Source of the DNA: Alphaproteobacteria bacterium
Lineage (GTDB): Bacteria > Pseudomonadota > Alphaproteobacteria > SHVW01
Assembly (NCBI GenBank): GCA_016869645.1
Contig: VGDO01000003.1
Coordinates: 14,875-78,874 of the forward strand
DNA length: 64,000 nt
Reading direction: 5' to 3'
Below the pieces are notes generated by a model. It saw only the letters and a program-made list of their open reading frames with translations, ran no database searches and was not told where the DNA came from. A program made the translations under genes and the position numbers. Numbering within the stretch: position 1 is the stretch's first letter; each line of letters begins with the position of its first letter. Positions 49,887 to 59,263 of the stretch are shown piece by piece.

Positions 49887-50660
49887 CTAAACCACCATGC
49901 ATCGGCGCCGCTGGTCGCCGAAGATCCCGCCATTCACAGTGATCACATCATTTGATCCGAAGCGGATGCTGTCGCCGCCATCGGAGAGCGCATCGATCAA
50001 GATGACGTAACCGGGCTCCACTGGCAGGAGTGTGTCGATCTCCGTCAACAGGCTGGCAATCTGCTTCTTGCCAAGCGCGCGGCTGACTCTGCTGCGCACG
50101 CCGCCTTCCGTGCCGACGTCCAGCGCGATGTCCTGCGAAAGCATCGGATCTTCAGGGCTGATCAGGTACGGCCCTAGGGACAGGTAAGTCGGCCGGCTCG
50201 ACCTCAGCGCAATTGCCGACTCATCGCGCCCACCGGCTCGCGATGCGACGTCGAAGTAGAGACAATAGCCGCCCACTGTCGGTCTGCCGCCAGAACGACC
50301 TCCGACGACGGCCGCCAGTCCGGCGCGGCCTGTGATCTCGACCGGCGGCGCGAGCAGCACGTCGTCTTGTGCGCCGACCGGCCTGCCCGCCTTCAAGCCA
50401 AAGAGACTTGCGCCACCGGCGGATCGGCCTCCCGTCAGGATTATGGCGCCCGGCTGCGCCACGCATGGTGCGGGCCGCGCGGCCCGATCCATCGCCGGCA
50501 ATCCGTCGCGATCGACCAAGCCGAGTTCGGTCCACCATGGGCCGGCAAGAACCGCCACATCGATATCGGTGATCCGGATGCAAAGGTCCCGCCTGGACTC
50601 GTCATGTCCGACCCAGGCGGGCTTTTCATAGCCGGGATGGCCGGCTCGCATGATGCGCAT
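49887..50660 (-). CDS. FAH (fumarylacetoacetate hydrolase)-family protein, putative
   Basis: 257 aa with loose FAH-fold signatures (..LAAVVGGR.., ..GYCLYFDVASRAG.., ..LSLGPYL..). Assignment tentative. Confidence 0.4.
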   Translation of the reverse strand: MRIMRAGHPGYEKPAWVGHDESRRDLCIRITDIDVAVLAGPWWTELGLVDRDGLPAMDRAARPAPCVAQPGAIILTGGRSAGGASLFGLKAGRPVGAQDDVLLAPPVEITGRAGLAAVVGGRSGGRPTVGGYCLYFDVASRAGGRDESAIALRSSRPTYLSLGPYLISPEDPMLSQDIALDVGTEGGVRSRVSRALGKKQIASLLTEIDTLLPVEPGYVILIDALSDGGDSIRFGSNDVITVNGGIFGDQRRRCMVV

Positions 50661-50693
50661 CCCGAGCTCCCTGCCCGCCGCCCCGCGAAACCG

Positions 50694-51038
50694 CTACTTG
50701 ACGTTGGCGCCGCGCAGACGCCGGGTCACGGAAAAATTGGCGTGCGGCGTGTGCCCGCTGAACAGATCGAGGCTTGGTGCCTGGACCCGGCCGATGTCCC
50801 GCCGTTCAGCCGAGTTCATCGCCATGAGCAGGCCCGCGTCGTCGGCAAAGCTCAGTTCGATCATCTGGTGATAGCGCGGCGCCAAGGCACCGACGCCGAT
50901 GCCACGCAGCAGGCGGACCTCGAGAACGCCGGGCATGCGCGCCAACATGGGGACGACTTCGTCGCCCATGTTGCGGTCGAACTGCGCTTGGTTCTCCGCC
51001 GCGACGCTGCCCTCGTAGATTCCATAGCGAACGATCAT
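50694..51038 (-). CDS. small hypothetical protein (possible alpha+beta-barrel EthD/Dabb/mutarotase-like)
   Basis: ORF 50694..51254 trimmed to Met73 (MIVRYGIYEG..), 114 aa. Confidence 0.3.
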   Translation of the reverse strand: MIVRYGIYEGSVAAENQAQFDRNMGDEVVPMLARMPGVLEVRLLRGIGVGALAPRYHQMIELSFADDAGLLMAMNSAERRDIGRVQAPSLDLFSGHTPHANFSVTRRLRGANVK

Positions 51039-51063
51039 CACATGTTCCTTCCGTGGCGAGACG

Positions 51064-52077
51064 TCAAAGCGGAGGCAAATGGAAGCCCGCGCGGGCGAGC
51101 CGGATGCGGTAAAGGCCATGCCCCGCTGTGATGTAGAGGTCGTAGCGCGCCTTGCCGCGACCGAATTCGACATTGGTCGTGGCGTCGGCCATGTCGATGC
51201 GCGCCACCCACTCTCCCGCGGGTGAAAACACCGCCACCATCGGCTCGGGAGCAAAGATCGCCACGTAGACGAAGCCCTGGTCGTCCACGGTCATGCCGTC
51301 CGGTTGGCCGATGGCGTCCAGATCGGCAAATGTCCGCCGGGGCCCCACCGCGCCTTTCGACGACAAGGCATAGGAGAACACCTTCGACTCCCCGTCGGGC
51401 AGAGGCACGTTGGCCGGCAACCGACGTGACGCGATCGTGCCGTTGTCAGAGCTCGACACATAGAGGGTCCGCTGATCGGGCGAGAGGGCGACGCCATTTG
51501 GCTTGCGCACATCCGTAATGACGCGGTGCACCGAGCAGTCCGGATCGATGCGATAGACCGCCATCACCGGCTGCTCGATGGATTCCCAGCCGATATATCG
51601 CGGATCGGTGAAGTAGATCCGTTGCTTGGCATCGATCGCGACATCGTTTGGTGCGTTGAACGGGCGTCCGTCAAACTGCCCGGCCGCGATGAAGCTGCGG
51701 CCGGTTGCCATGTCCATCCGCGTGATGCGCCGCCCGCCATAGTCCGCACCCTCGGCGACGACCATGCGGCCCTGCCGATCGAACACGATGCCGTTGGCCA
51801 TGCCGCTCGGCGACCGGAAGATCCGGCACGATCCGTCGCCCGGATCGAAGCGCCAGATATGGCCCGCCTGCATGCCGCGCTCATCCGTGCAGTCGAGAGT
51901 GCGGGTGATATCGCTGAAATAGATCAGCCCGTCCGGACCGGCCGCCACGCCCTCGGTCAGGACGGCGCCGCCACCGAAGACCTCTTCGACCCGCGATCCC
52001 GGCGGCACGATCTGCGACTGCAACGGCAGCGGCTCGGAGGTCGTTCGGCCGCGACGGACGGTGCCTGATCTGGCCAT
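51064..52077 (-). CDS. SMP-30/gluconolactonase/LRE-like lactonase
   Basis: ORF 51064..53082 trimmed to Met336 (MARSGTV..), 337 aa. Motifs ..GLIYFSD.., ..PNDVAIDAKQRIYFTDP.., ..PNGVALSPD... Confidence 0.75.
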   Translation of the reverse strand: MARSGTVRRGRTTSEPLPLQSQIVPPGSRVEEVFGGGAVLTEGVAAGPDGLIYFSDITRTLDCTDERGMQAGHIWRFDPGDGSCRIFRSPSGMANGIVFDRQGRMVVAEGADYGGRRITRMDMATGRSFIAAGQFDGRPFNAPNDVAIDAKQRIYFTDPRYIGWESIEQPVMAVYRIDPDCSVHRVITDVRKPNGVALSPDQRTLYVSSSDNGTIASRRLPANVPLPDGESKVFSYALSSKGAVGPRRTFADLDAIGQPDGMTVDDQGFVYVAIFAPEPMVAVFSPAGEWVARIDMADATTNVEFGRGKARYDLYITAGHGLYRIRLARAGFHLPPL

Positions 52078-52082
52078 TTCGA

Positions 52083-53270
52083 TCAGCTCTTGAGAGTGAC
52101 GGTCGACATGCTCACCACGTCGCGCCGCATGCGCTCTTCGTCCAGCTCGATGCCGAGACCCGGACCGCTGGGCACGACGATCTCGCCGCCGCTCAGTCGG
52201 ATCGGCTCCTTCAGCCAGGCATTGAAGGTGTCGAGCATCACCGGCTGATACTCCTGGATGTAGAAATTCGGAATCGCCGCCGCGAGATGATAGGTCGCCG
52301 CCAGCCCGATCGCCGTCGTGCAGCCGGTGTGGTAGGCGACCGGCTTGTTCAGGCTCTCGGCCAGCACGGCAATCTTGCAGGCCTCCGACACGCCGTTGCG
52401 CATGACATCGGGCTGACAGATGTCGATGGCCCCGCGCTGCAGCCAGGGCGTGAACTGAAAGCGCGTCCGCAACGCCTCGCCGACGGCGATCGCCACGTCG
52501 AGCTCCCGAGCGAGGTTGGCATGGCCTTCGATGTCGTCGGGCAGCAGCGGCGATTCGAGAAAGTCCACCTTGTGCTGTTCGCAGATTCGGCCGAGCCGCA
52601 CGGCCGAAGGGTAGTCGTAGCGCCACAGCGCATCGACGAAAAGCCGCACACGCGGGCCGACCGCGGCGCGGATCAGTGCGATCGCCTCGGCGTCCCGCTC
52701 GAGGCCGTGGCCGAGGAACAGCTTGAGGCCCGAGATGCCGTTGCCGACATGCGCTTTGGCCTCCTCGGTCCTTTCCTCCGCAGTCGGCCGCCGCAATCCC
52801 GATGCATAGCAAGGCAGGCGCTCGCGCAACCGGCCGCCGATAGCCGTGCTCAACGACAGGCCGGCCGCGCGCGCCCGAATGTCCCATAGCGCCGTGTCGA
52901 TCGCGGCGATGGCGTCGACGTAGAAACCTCCGCCATGGCCGCGGACGCGCATGGCCTCGTACATGTCGATGTATCGGCTGTTGGTCTCGACGGCGGGGCG
53001 GCCGAGAACGACAGGCGCCAGGATCAGGCGCACGATTGTTTCGGCCACTTCCGGAGCGATCGGCGCCTGCGCTTCGCCCCAACCCGACACCCCCTCGGTG
53101 GTATCGACGCGCACGACCAGCGCCTCGCTGCGCTGAGAATAGAGATGCGGATAGGGATGGAAGCGGAAATAGCCAGAATCCGGCAGCGCCTCGCCATCGC
53201 GGCTGCCGCCGCCGATCTCGTAGCGTTTGCCCGCCTTGACGACGTAGGTGGTGATTGCGGCGATCTTCAT
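52083..53270 (-). CDS. enolase-superfamily dehydratase (mandelate racemase/muconate lactonizing enzyme family; sugar-acid dehydratase-like)
   Basis: ORF 52083..53327 trimmed to Met20 (MKIAAITTYVV..), MR/MLE family organisation. The lactonase gene starts 6 nt after its stop. Confidence 0.8.
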   Translation of the reverse strand: MKIAAITTYVVKAGKRYEIGGGSRDGEALPDSGYFRFHPYPHLYSQRSEALVVRVDTTEGVSGWGEAQAPIAPEVAETIVRLILAPVVLGRPAVETNSRYIDMYEAMRVRGHGGGFYVDAIAAIDTALWDIRARAAGLSLSTAIGGRLRERLPCYASGLRRPTAEERTEEAKAHVGNGISGLKLFLGHGLERDAEAIALIRAAVGPRVRLFVDALWRYDYPSAVRLGRICEQHKVDFLESPLLPDDIEGHANLARELDVAIAVGEALRTRFQFTPWLQRGAIDICQPDVMRNGVSEACKIAVLAESLNKPVAYHTGCTTAIGLAATYHLAAAIPNFYIQEYQPVMLDTFNAWLKEPIRLSGGEIVVPSGPGLGIELDEERMRRDVVSMSTVTLKS

Positions 53271-53371
53271 GTCACCGGATTCATCAGAAATCCCGCTTGC
53301 ACGCGCCGCCGCAGCTTGACGGGTCAAGTCGGTCTACCTAGAAAGCATAACCCTTGGAAAGGTGGCGGCAA

Positions 53372-54157
53372 ATGGATTCTCCTTCAGTCGTGGTGGTCAC
53401 CGGCGCGGCCGGCGACATTGGCATGGCGATCGCCGGCCGCTTTGCCGACAGGAACGCGCGCATCGTCTTGTGCGACCGGCTTGCGGACGCTCTGCGCCAG
53501 CGCGTCGCGTCGCATCCCCGGCGCGACCAGCTCGAATGGCACGAAGTCGAGCTGACGGATCCTGCTCAGGTCAAGAGCTTCATCGCCGGCGCGATCAAGC
53601 GTCACGGCCGTGTCGACGTTCTCGTCAACAACGCCGCCAAACAGCATGACGGCGATGTCGCCACGGCGAGCGAAGCCGACTTCGAGGAGGCCTTCGCCAT
53701 CCACATGCGCGCCCCCTTCCTGCTGTCCAAGGCCGTGGTGCCGGGCATGAAGGCTGCGGGCGGCGGAGCGATCGTCAACATCTCCACCGTGCATGCCCAG
53801 GCTGTCGGCCCGGGGCGACTCGCCTATGCCGCGACCAAAGCCGGGCTGCTCGGCATGACTCGCTCGATGGCGGTCGATCTCGGCCGCCACAACATCAGGG
53901 TCAATGCCGTGATTCCGACGGCGATCCGAACCTCCGGCCTGCTCAAAGCCTGGACCGAGGACCGCGATCCCGAGAAGAAAGGCGTCAGCCGTCTCTACGA
54001 TCACGCCGCCAAGCAGCATCCGATGCGGCGCATCGGCGAAGCCGATGAAGTCGCCGAGCTGGTCGAATTCCTGGCGACCTGTCGCTTCGTCACTGGCGAG
54101 GAAATTCGCGTCGATGGCGGAATTCTCGCAGCACTGCGTCTCCTGCCGATCGATTAG
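53372..54157 (+). CDS. SDR-family oxidoreductase
   Basis: VVVVTGAAGDIG, NNAA and YAATK motifs. ATG 53372 behind GGAAAGG; the ORF opens at TTG 53354. Confidence 0.75.
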   Translation: MDSPSVVVVTGAAGDIGMAIAGRFADRNARIVLCDRLADALRQRVASHPRRDQLEWHEVELTDPAQVKSFIAGAIKRHGRVDVLVNNAAKQHDGDVATASEADFEEAFAIHMRAPFLLSKAVVPGMKAAGGGAIVNISTVHAQAVGPGRLAYAATKAGLLGMTRSMAVDLGRHNIRVNAVIPTAIRTSGLLKAWTEDRDPEKKGVSRLYDHAAKQHPMRRIGEADEVAELVEFLATCRFVTGEEIRVDGGILAALRLLPID

Positions 54158-54182
54158 GGGCTGCTGGCCAGCGCGGGCCTAA

Positions 54183-55013
54183 TCAGTCGATCTGCGTCGC
54201 CATCGCCAGCTTGGCGGTCAAGCCGCCGTCGATCTTCAAATCGATGCCCGTGATATAGCGTGCGCGATCGGAGAGCAGGAAGGCGATCGGCTCGGCAACG
54301 TCGGACGACTGACCGATGCATTGCATCGGAATGGACCGCCCGACGCGCCGCATGATCTCGGCAAAATCGAGATTTGGAAACAGCCGCTCCCAGTTGCCGC
54401 GCCAGGTCGGTGTCTCGGTCGGTCCTGGGCTGACCGAATTCGCCCGCACGCCAAATGGTCCGAGGCTGACCGCGACGCCGCGCATCATTGCCACCATCGC
54501 CGCCACCATCGGTGCGATGGCATCGCGTCGCTCGGTGTTCGCATGGGCATGGACCGAAGCAACCGCCACGATCGAGCCGCGTCCAGCCTTCTTCATGATC
54601 AACGAGGCATGACGCACGGGAAAATAGACGCCACGCAGCTTGTCGGTGACCGTGTAGTCCCACGCCGCCGTGTCGATCTCCTCGATGGTGCCCATGCGGC
54701 CGGATCCGGCCGCGCAGACCAGTCCGTCGAGCCGGCCGAACTCCCGGTGGGTCACATCGATCAGCCGAGTGACGTCGGCTTCGACGCTGACGTCGGCGCG
54801 CTCGGCACGGATCTTCAGGCCCTCACGCCTGGCCTCGCCGCGCATGTCGGCGAGACGCCCTTCGTCGCGCCCACACACCACGGCCGTGCCGCCGCGCCGG
54901 GCGACGAGTTTGGCCAGCTCCCGTCCGATGCCCACCGTGCCGCCCGTTATGACGACAACTCGGCCTTCGAAGTCGCGGGCGATCGTGTCGGCATCCGTCA
55001 TTGTCCGCTCCAT
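54183..55013 (-). CDS. SDR-family oxidoreductase
   Basis: VVVITGGTVGIG cofactor motif. Lies 15 nt downstream of the permease stop on the same strand. Confidence 0.75.
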   Translation of the reverse strand: MERTMTDADTIARDFEGRVVVITGGTVGIGRELAKLVARRGGTAVVCGRDEGRLADMRGEARREGLKIRAERADVSVEADVTRLIDVTHREFGRLDGLVCAAGSGRMGTIEEIDTAAWDYTVTDKLRGVYFPVRHASLIMKKAGRGSIVAVASVHAHANTERRDAIAPMVAAMVAMMRGVAVSLGPFGVRANSVSPGPTETPTWRGNWERLFPNLDFAEIMRRVGRSIPMQCIGQSSDVAEPIAFLLSDRARYITGIDLKIDGGLTAKLAMATQID

Positions 55014-55028
55014 GCGCTCGTCGCCGTG

Positions 55029-55820
55029 CTAGCTCTTCCCGATGCGCGCGAGGCCCACCAGTCGCTCGATCGTCAATGCCAGCACGATGATCATCGCCAC
55101 TTGGAGCGTCGATGCTGCGGCGATGATCAGCTGACGCCCCGGGAATTGCAGATAGCCGAAGATTTCGATCGGCAGCGTGTTGTAGCCCGGCCCGGTCAGG
55201 AACAGGGCGACATTGAGCTCGCCGAACGACACGATGAAGGCGAACAATCCGCCCGATAGCACGCCCGGCCAGATGATCGGCAGCGTCACCAGGAAGAAGG
55301 TACGGAACGGCCCGGCACCCAATGACTGCGCCGCCTCCTCCAGCGTTTGGTTGAAGCTTTGGAGCGAGGCAAGCACGAGTCGGAACGCATAGGGCATGCC
55401 GATCAGGACATGCGCGAGGATGAGGCCGCCAGGTCCGCCGAAATTGATCGTGCGATAGAACAGCAGGAGCGCCAAGCCGAGGATGATCGCCGGGAACACC
55501 AGGGGTGCCGTGAACAGCGACTGAAGAAGGCCCGAGGTCACGCCCCTCTGGCGCACCACGAAGCGGGCCGCAAGTGTCGCCAGCACCGTCGCGCAGACTG
55601 CCGAAGTCGCGCCGACGCGCATGCTGAACAGAAACGCGCTGGTCATGTTGTCGGCCTGGAAGAACTCGACGAACCAGCGCAGCGACAATCCCGGCGGCGG
55701 GAAGGTGAAGGTCTCGGCCGACGAGAAGGACACGAGCACGACGACGATGGTCGGACCGAGGATGAGCAGGAAGGCGATCCCGGCGATCGTGTTCTGCAGG
55801 ATGTGGCCGAGCCGGATCAT
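55029..55820 (-). CDS. ABC transporter permease (PotC-like)
   Basis: ORF 55029..55925 trimmed to Met36 (MIRLGHILQN..). EAA-type loop ..EEAAQSLGAGPFRTF... Confidence 0.75.
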   Translation of the reverse strand: MIRLGHILQNTIAGIAFLLILGPTIVVVLVSFSSAETFTFPPPGLSLRWFVEFFQADNMTSAFLFSMRVGATSAVCATVLATLAARFVVRQRGVTSGLLQSLFTAPLVFPAIILGLALLLFYRTINFGGPGGLILAHVLIGMPYAFRLVLASLQSFNQTLEEAAQSLGAGPFRTFFLVTLPIIWPGVLSGGLFAFIVSFGELNVALFLTGPGYNTLPIEIFGYLQFPGRQLIIAAASTLQVAMIIVLALTIERLVGLARIGKS

Positions 55821-56743
55821 CCGCGTCCCTGCACGCGGCCCGGCCGCAACACCAGCATGATCAATGCGCCCACGCCCAATGCGACGCCCAAGAGGACGAA
55901 GGCGAGTGCGGCCGAGAAGGTCCACTGGAAGGCCATGGCCGAGCGATAGACCATGCTGACCAGGAGCGAGAAGCGCGGACCGCCCAACAGCGCGATCGTC
56001 ACATAGGCGCTGAGCGTCAGGAAGAACACGAGCTGCATACCCGCAGCGACTCCCGGGCTGCTGAGCGGCCAGGTGACATGGATGAACGTGCGCAACGGGC
56101 CGGCGCCCAGCGACTGGGCCGCCTCCGCGTAGGAGCGATCAAGGCCGGTCAGCGAATTGGCAATCGATATGATCATGTAGGGCAGCAGGATCGTCATCAG
56201 CCCGAGTACCACCGCTTCGATCGAGTAGAGCAGCGCGAGCGGCGCGTCGATGATCTCGGCCTGGGTCAGCACGGTGTTGACCACGCCCTGTCGGCCGAGC
56301 ACGGCGATCCAGCCATAGGCGCGCACGACATTGCTCAGCATGAGCGGGAACATCAGCGCGATCATTGCGATGATGCGCCAGCGCGGCGTCATGCGCGCGA
56401 TCGCCATGGCAACCGGATAGGCGATCAGCAGCGCGATACCCGTGACCAGCGCGCCGACCAGCAATGTGCGCTGGATGATGCGCAGGTAGAACTCGTCGCC
56501 CAGGACCTTGGCGTAGTTCTGCAGCGTGACGTTCGTGCCGTAGAGCTCGGTCTGCGACGGCTCGAGCAGGCTGACCACGAACAGATAGAGCAGCGGCCCG
56601 GCGAAGAAGATCAGGAAGAACAGGATGGGGAGCGCGACCAGCGACCAGCTCCTGAGCTGGCGCAGCAGGTCGCCGAGCGGCGAACCGTCAGCCGCGATCG
56701 AGGACGACGGCACTGTCGCGCTCCCAGGAGAAGGCGACGGCAT
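55817..56743 (-). CDS. ABC transporter permease (PotB-like)
   Basis: EAA-type loop ..AEAAQSLGAGPLRTF... An alternative GTG start at 56713 with a GGGAG RBS would shorten the overlap with the ATPase gene. Confidence 0.75.
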   Translation of the reverse strand: MPSPSPGSATVPSSSIAADGSPLGDLLRQLRSWSLVALPILFFLIFFAGPLLYLFVVSLLEPSQTELYGTNVTLQNYAKVLGDEFYLRIIQRTLLVGALVTGIALLIAYPVAMAIARMTPRWRIIAMIALMFPLMLSNVVRAYGWIAVLGRQGVVNTVLTQAEIIDAPLALLYSIEAVVLGLMTILLPYMIISIANSLTGLDRSYAEAAQSLGAGPLRTFIHVTWPLSSPGVAAGMQLVFFLTLSAYVTIALLGGPRFSLLVSMVYRSAMAFQWTFSAALAFVLLGVALGVGALIMLVLRPGRVQGRG

Positions 56744-57764
56744 CGCCGATGCGCCAGGCCAGCGCGTCGGACGATGCGTTCTGCAGGAATACGATCACCT
56801 CGTTGCCATGGCAATCGAGATAGATGTGCGTGGTGACGCCGCGATAGACGATCTCGCGCACCTGTGCCGCGAAACCGCCCGTCGAGATCTGGCCCAACCG
56901 CACCTTTTCCGGCCGAACGGCAAAGCGCACCGCCTCGCCGACCGTGCCCCTGTGGCTCAGCACCGCCTGACCAAAACCGAGATCGACGGTGGCCGACCCG
57001 TTCGCGGCCGCAGTGATCCTTCCGTCGAAGAAATTGCTGACGCCGAGGAAGCTCGCGACAAACTCCGTGCGCGGCCGCTCATAGACCTCGCGCGGCTGTC
57101 CGATCTGCTCGATCACGCCATCGCGCATGATCGCGATGCGGTCGGACATGGTGAGCGCTTCTTCCTGGTCATGGGTAACGAAGAGCGTGGTCGTGCCCAG
57201 CCGGTGCTGCAGCTCGCGCAGCTCGACCTGCATCTCCTCGCGCAGTTTCTTGTCGAGAGCGCCCAGCGGCTCGTCGAGCAGCAGCACGGCCGGCTGCACG
57301 ACCAGTGCGCGCGCGAGCGCCACGCGCTGTTGCTGGCCGCCCGACAGCTGACGCGGATAGCGCTCGGCCAGGCCCTCGAGCTTGACCATAGCGAGAGCTT
57401 CGCGCGCGCGGCGCGCGCGCTCGGGCCCTGGCACGCGCCGCATGCGCAAGCCGAACGCCACGTTCTCCGCCATGGTCAGGTGGGGAAACAACGCGAAGTT
57501 CTGGAAGACCATGCTGTAGTCGCGTCGGTAGGGCGGCACGCGCGTGACGGCGGCGCCGCGGATGTAGATGGCGCCGGCCGAGGGATGCTCGAAGCCGGCA
57601 ACCAGGCGCAAGGTCGTCGTCTTGCCGCAGCCGCTCGGCCCCAGCAGCGAGAAGAACTGTCCGCGCGGAATGTCGACCGAGACGTCCTTGACCGCTTCGA
57701 CGCGGTCGAAGGACTTGCTGACGTTCTCCAACCGAACGTCGATCTCCCCGGCTGCCATGGTCAA
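56688..57764 (-). CDS. ABC transporter ATP-binding protein (PotA/PotG-like with C-terminal TOBE domain)
   Basis: Walker A GPSGCGKTT, signature LSGGQQQRVALARAL, Walker B LLLDEP. Confidence 0.85.
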   Translation of the reverse strand: MTMAAGEIDVRLENVSKSFDRVEAVKDVSVDIPRGQFFSLLGPSGCGKTTTLRLVAGFEHPSAGAIYIRGAAVTRVPPYRRDYSMVFQNFALFPHLTMAENVAFGLRMRRVPGPERARRAREALAMVKLEGLAERYPRQLSGGQQQRVALARALVVQPAVLLLDEPLGALDKKLREEMQVELRELQHRLGTTTLFVTHDQEEALTMSDRIAIMRDGVIEQIGQPREVYERPRTEFVASFLGVSNFFDGRITAAANGSATVDLGFGQAVLSHRGTVGEAVRFAVRPEKVRLGQISTGGFAAQVREIVYRGVTTHIYLDCHGNEVIVFLQNASSDALAWRIGDAVAFSWERDSAVVLDRG

Positions 57765-59242
57765 GCGCGACCGTCGGCTTGCGTGCAGGCGAGGTCAGCG
57801 CGCGCCAGCATGCCCCAGGCCTGGGCGAGCCGGATCGCCAGCTCAATGCCCAGCAGTTTTGCGGCGACTGGCTTGTTGGATTGGCGGTCGGCTCGCAACC
57901 CGGCCTCGGCATAGCCCGCGACATGGTGCCAGGATTGCGCGATCTGTGCGGCCCACGGATCGCCCGAAGCGAGGCGCGCGAGCACCGGGTCGAGTGCAGC
58001 AAATGCGGGTGCCAGATCGCGCTTCAGGCGCCCGGCGATATCGTGGACAAGTCCCTCGAAACCATCGTCCTCGGTGATGCCGAGCCCGCTCCACGCCTCC
58101 TCGGTGGCGGCCTTCACGCGCACGATCCCGTCGTGCAGCTCGGCGGCCGTGGGCGCGGGCGCCGACGGTGCAACCGCTGGCAGCTTGTCGGCGGCGAGCG
58201 CATGGGCGGCATTGAGCAACAGGCGGAAGCAGGGCGCATCGAGCGAGCGGTAGAAGGTCAAGGTCTCGTCCATCACCTTGCGACCGCGGATCGGCAGGTA
58301 TTTGCGGACATAGCCGTCGAGCGACATATATTTGCGCAGCAGATCGCCCATCTCCGGATGCGGCGAGAACAGGATCGCCCGTCCACGCAGGCCCGACGCC
58401 TCGATCACGGCCGGCCGACCCTTCATCTCGCGCTCGAACAGCCCCGGATCGAGCGGGTTCTCGATGCCGAGCCGGCCGGAGAAGCGCAAATCCTTGAAGC
58501 GCGCGATGACACGGGCCTCGGGCCCGACCTCCTCGTGCACCGGTCCGTGGTAGTACGGCACCTCCATGGTCGTCGGACAGCCCAGCGTCAGGCGCGAGGG
58601 TGCCACGTCGACCGCGACGACACCGACGCCGGTCGTCAGATACTCGTGCGTGTAGCGCGGCACCGCCATGACCGATCCGGTCCAGCCGGGCCGGCCCGCC
58701 GACAGGTAGAAGGCACCGCCGCAGGAGCCGATCGCCGCGCCGCCGCGCCCGAGAAAATCGCGCACCTTGGCATCGGCGCCCGGAGCGCTCTCGGCCTGGT
58801 CGAAGCCCCAGGTGGCGAAACCGCCGGGAATGACGAAGAGATTGGCGCTGTCGAGCGTGCCCTTCGCCAGATCCTTGCCGTCGGCGGGGCTATAGGCAAA
58901 CCCAAGCCGGGCAAGCGACAGCGAATAATAGGCGAAATAGGGATAGCCGGATGCCTCCCCGGTGAAGAGAGCAAGGCTCGGTCGCGCCAGCGCGAGCGCA
59001 CCTGCCGGCTCCCGCCCCGTCCAGCGCGACACGGTCACGCCCAGCGTGCCGGCCGCGCGGGCCAGGTCGGCCGCGCCCGCGTCGATCAGATAGTCGCCGG
59101 CCTCGGCCGCGCCGTCAGGCTTCTCCAGCCAGACGACGCGGTGGCCGCGCGCCAACGCCCGGTTCGCCAGGAGGCCGACGTCGAAGGAATCGCCGTTGGC
59201 GCGCCACGACAGATGCCACATGGCGTCAATTTTCCCCGACAA
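57761..59242 (-). CDS. hypothetical protein with class-I glutamine-amidotransferase-like (DJ-1/BPL_N-like) region
   Basis: 493 aa. Its stop overlaps the ATPase start (ATGA). ..LFVIPGGFATWGFDQ..FLGRGGAAIGSCGGAFYLS.. resembles a GATase1-like fold. No confident family assignment. Confidence 0.4.
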   Translation of the reverse strand: MSGKIDAMWHLSWRANGDSFDVGLLANRALARGHRVVWLEKPDGAAEAGDYLIDAGAADLARAAGTLGVTVSRWTGREPAGALALARPSLALFTGEASGYPYFAYYSLSLARLGFAYSPADGKDLAKGTLDSANLFVIPGGFATWGFDQAESAPGADAKVRDFLGRGGAAIGSCGGAFYLSAGRPGWTGSVMAVPRYTHEYLTTGVGVVAVDVAPSRLTLGCPTTMEVPYYHGPVHEEVGPEARVIARFKDLRFSGRLGIENPLDPGLFEREMKGRPAVIEASGLRGRAILFSPHPEMGDLLRKYMSLDGYVRKYLPIRGRKVMDETLTFYRSLDAPCFRLLLNAAHALAADKLPAVAPSAPAPTAAELHDGIVRVKAATEEAWSGLGITEDDGFEGLVHDIAGRLKRDLAPAFAALDPVLARLASGDPWAAQIAQSWHHVAGYAEAGLRADRQSNKPVAAKLLGIELAIRLAQAWGMLARADLACTQADGRA

Positions 59243-59263
59243 TGCCGGGAGTGCTGGCGGCGT

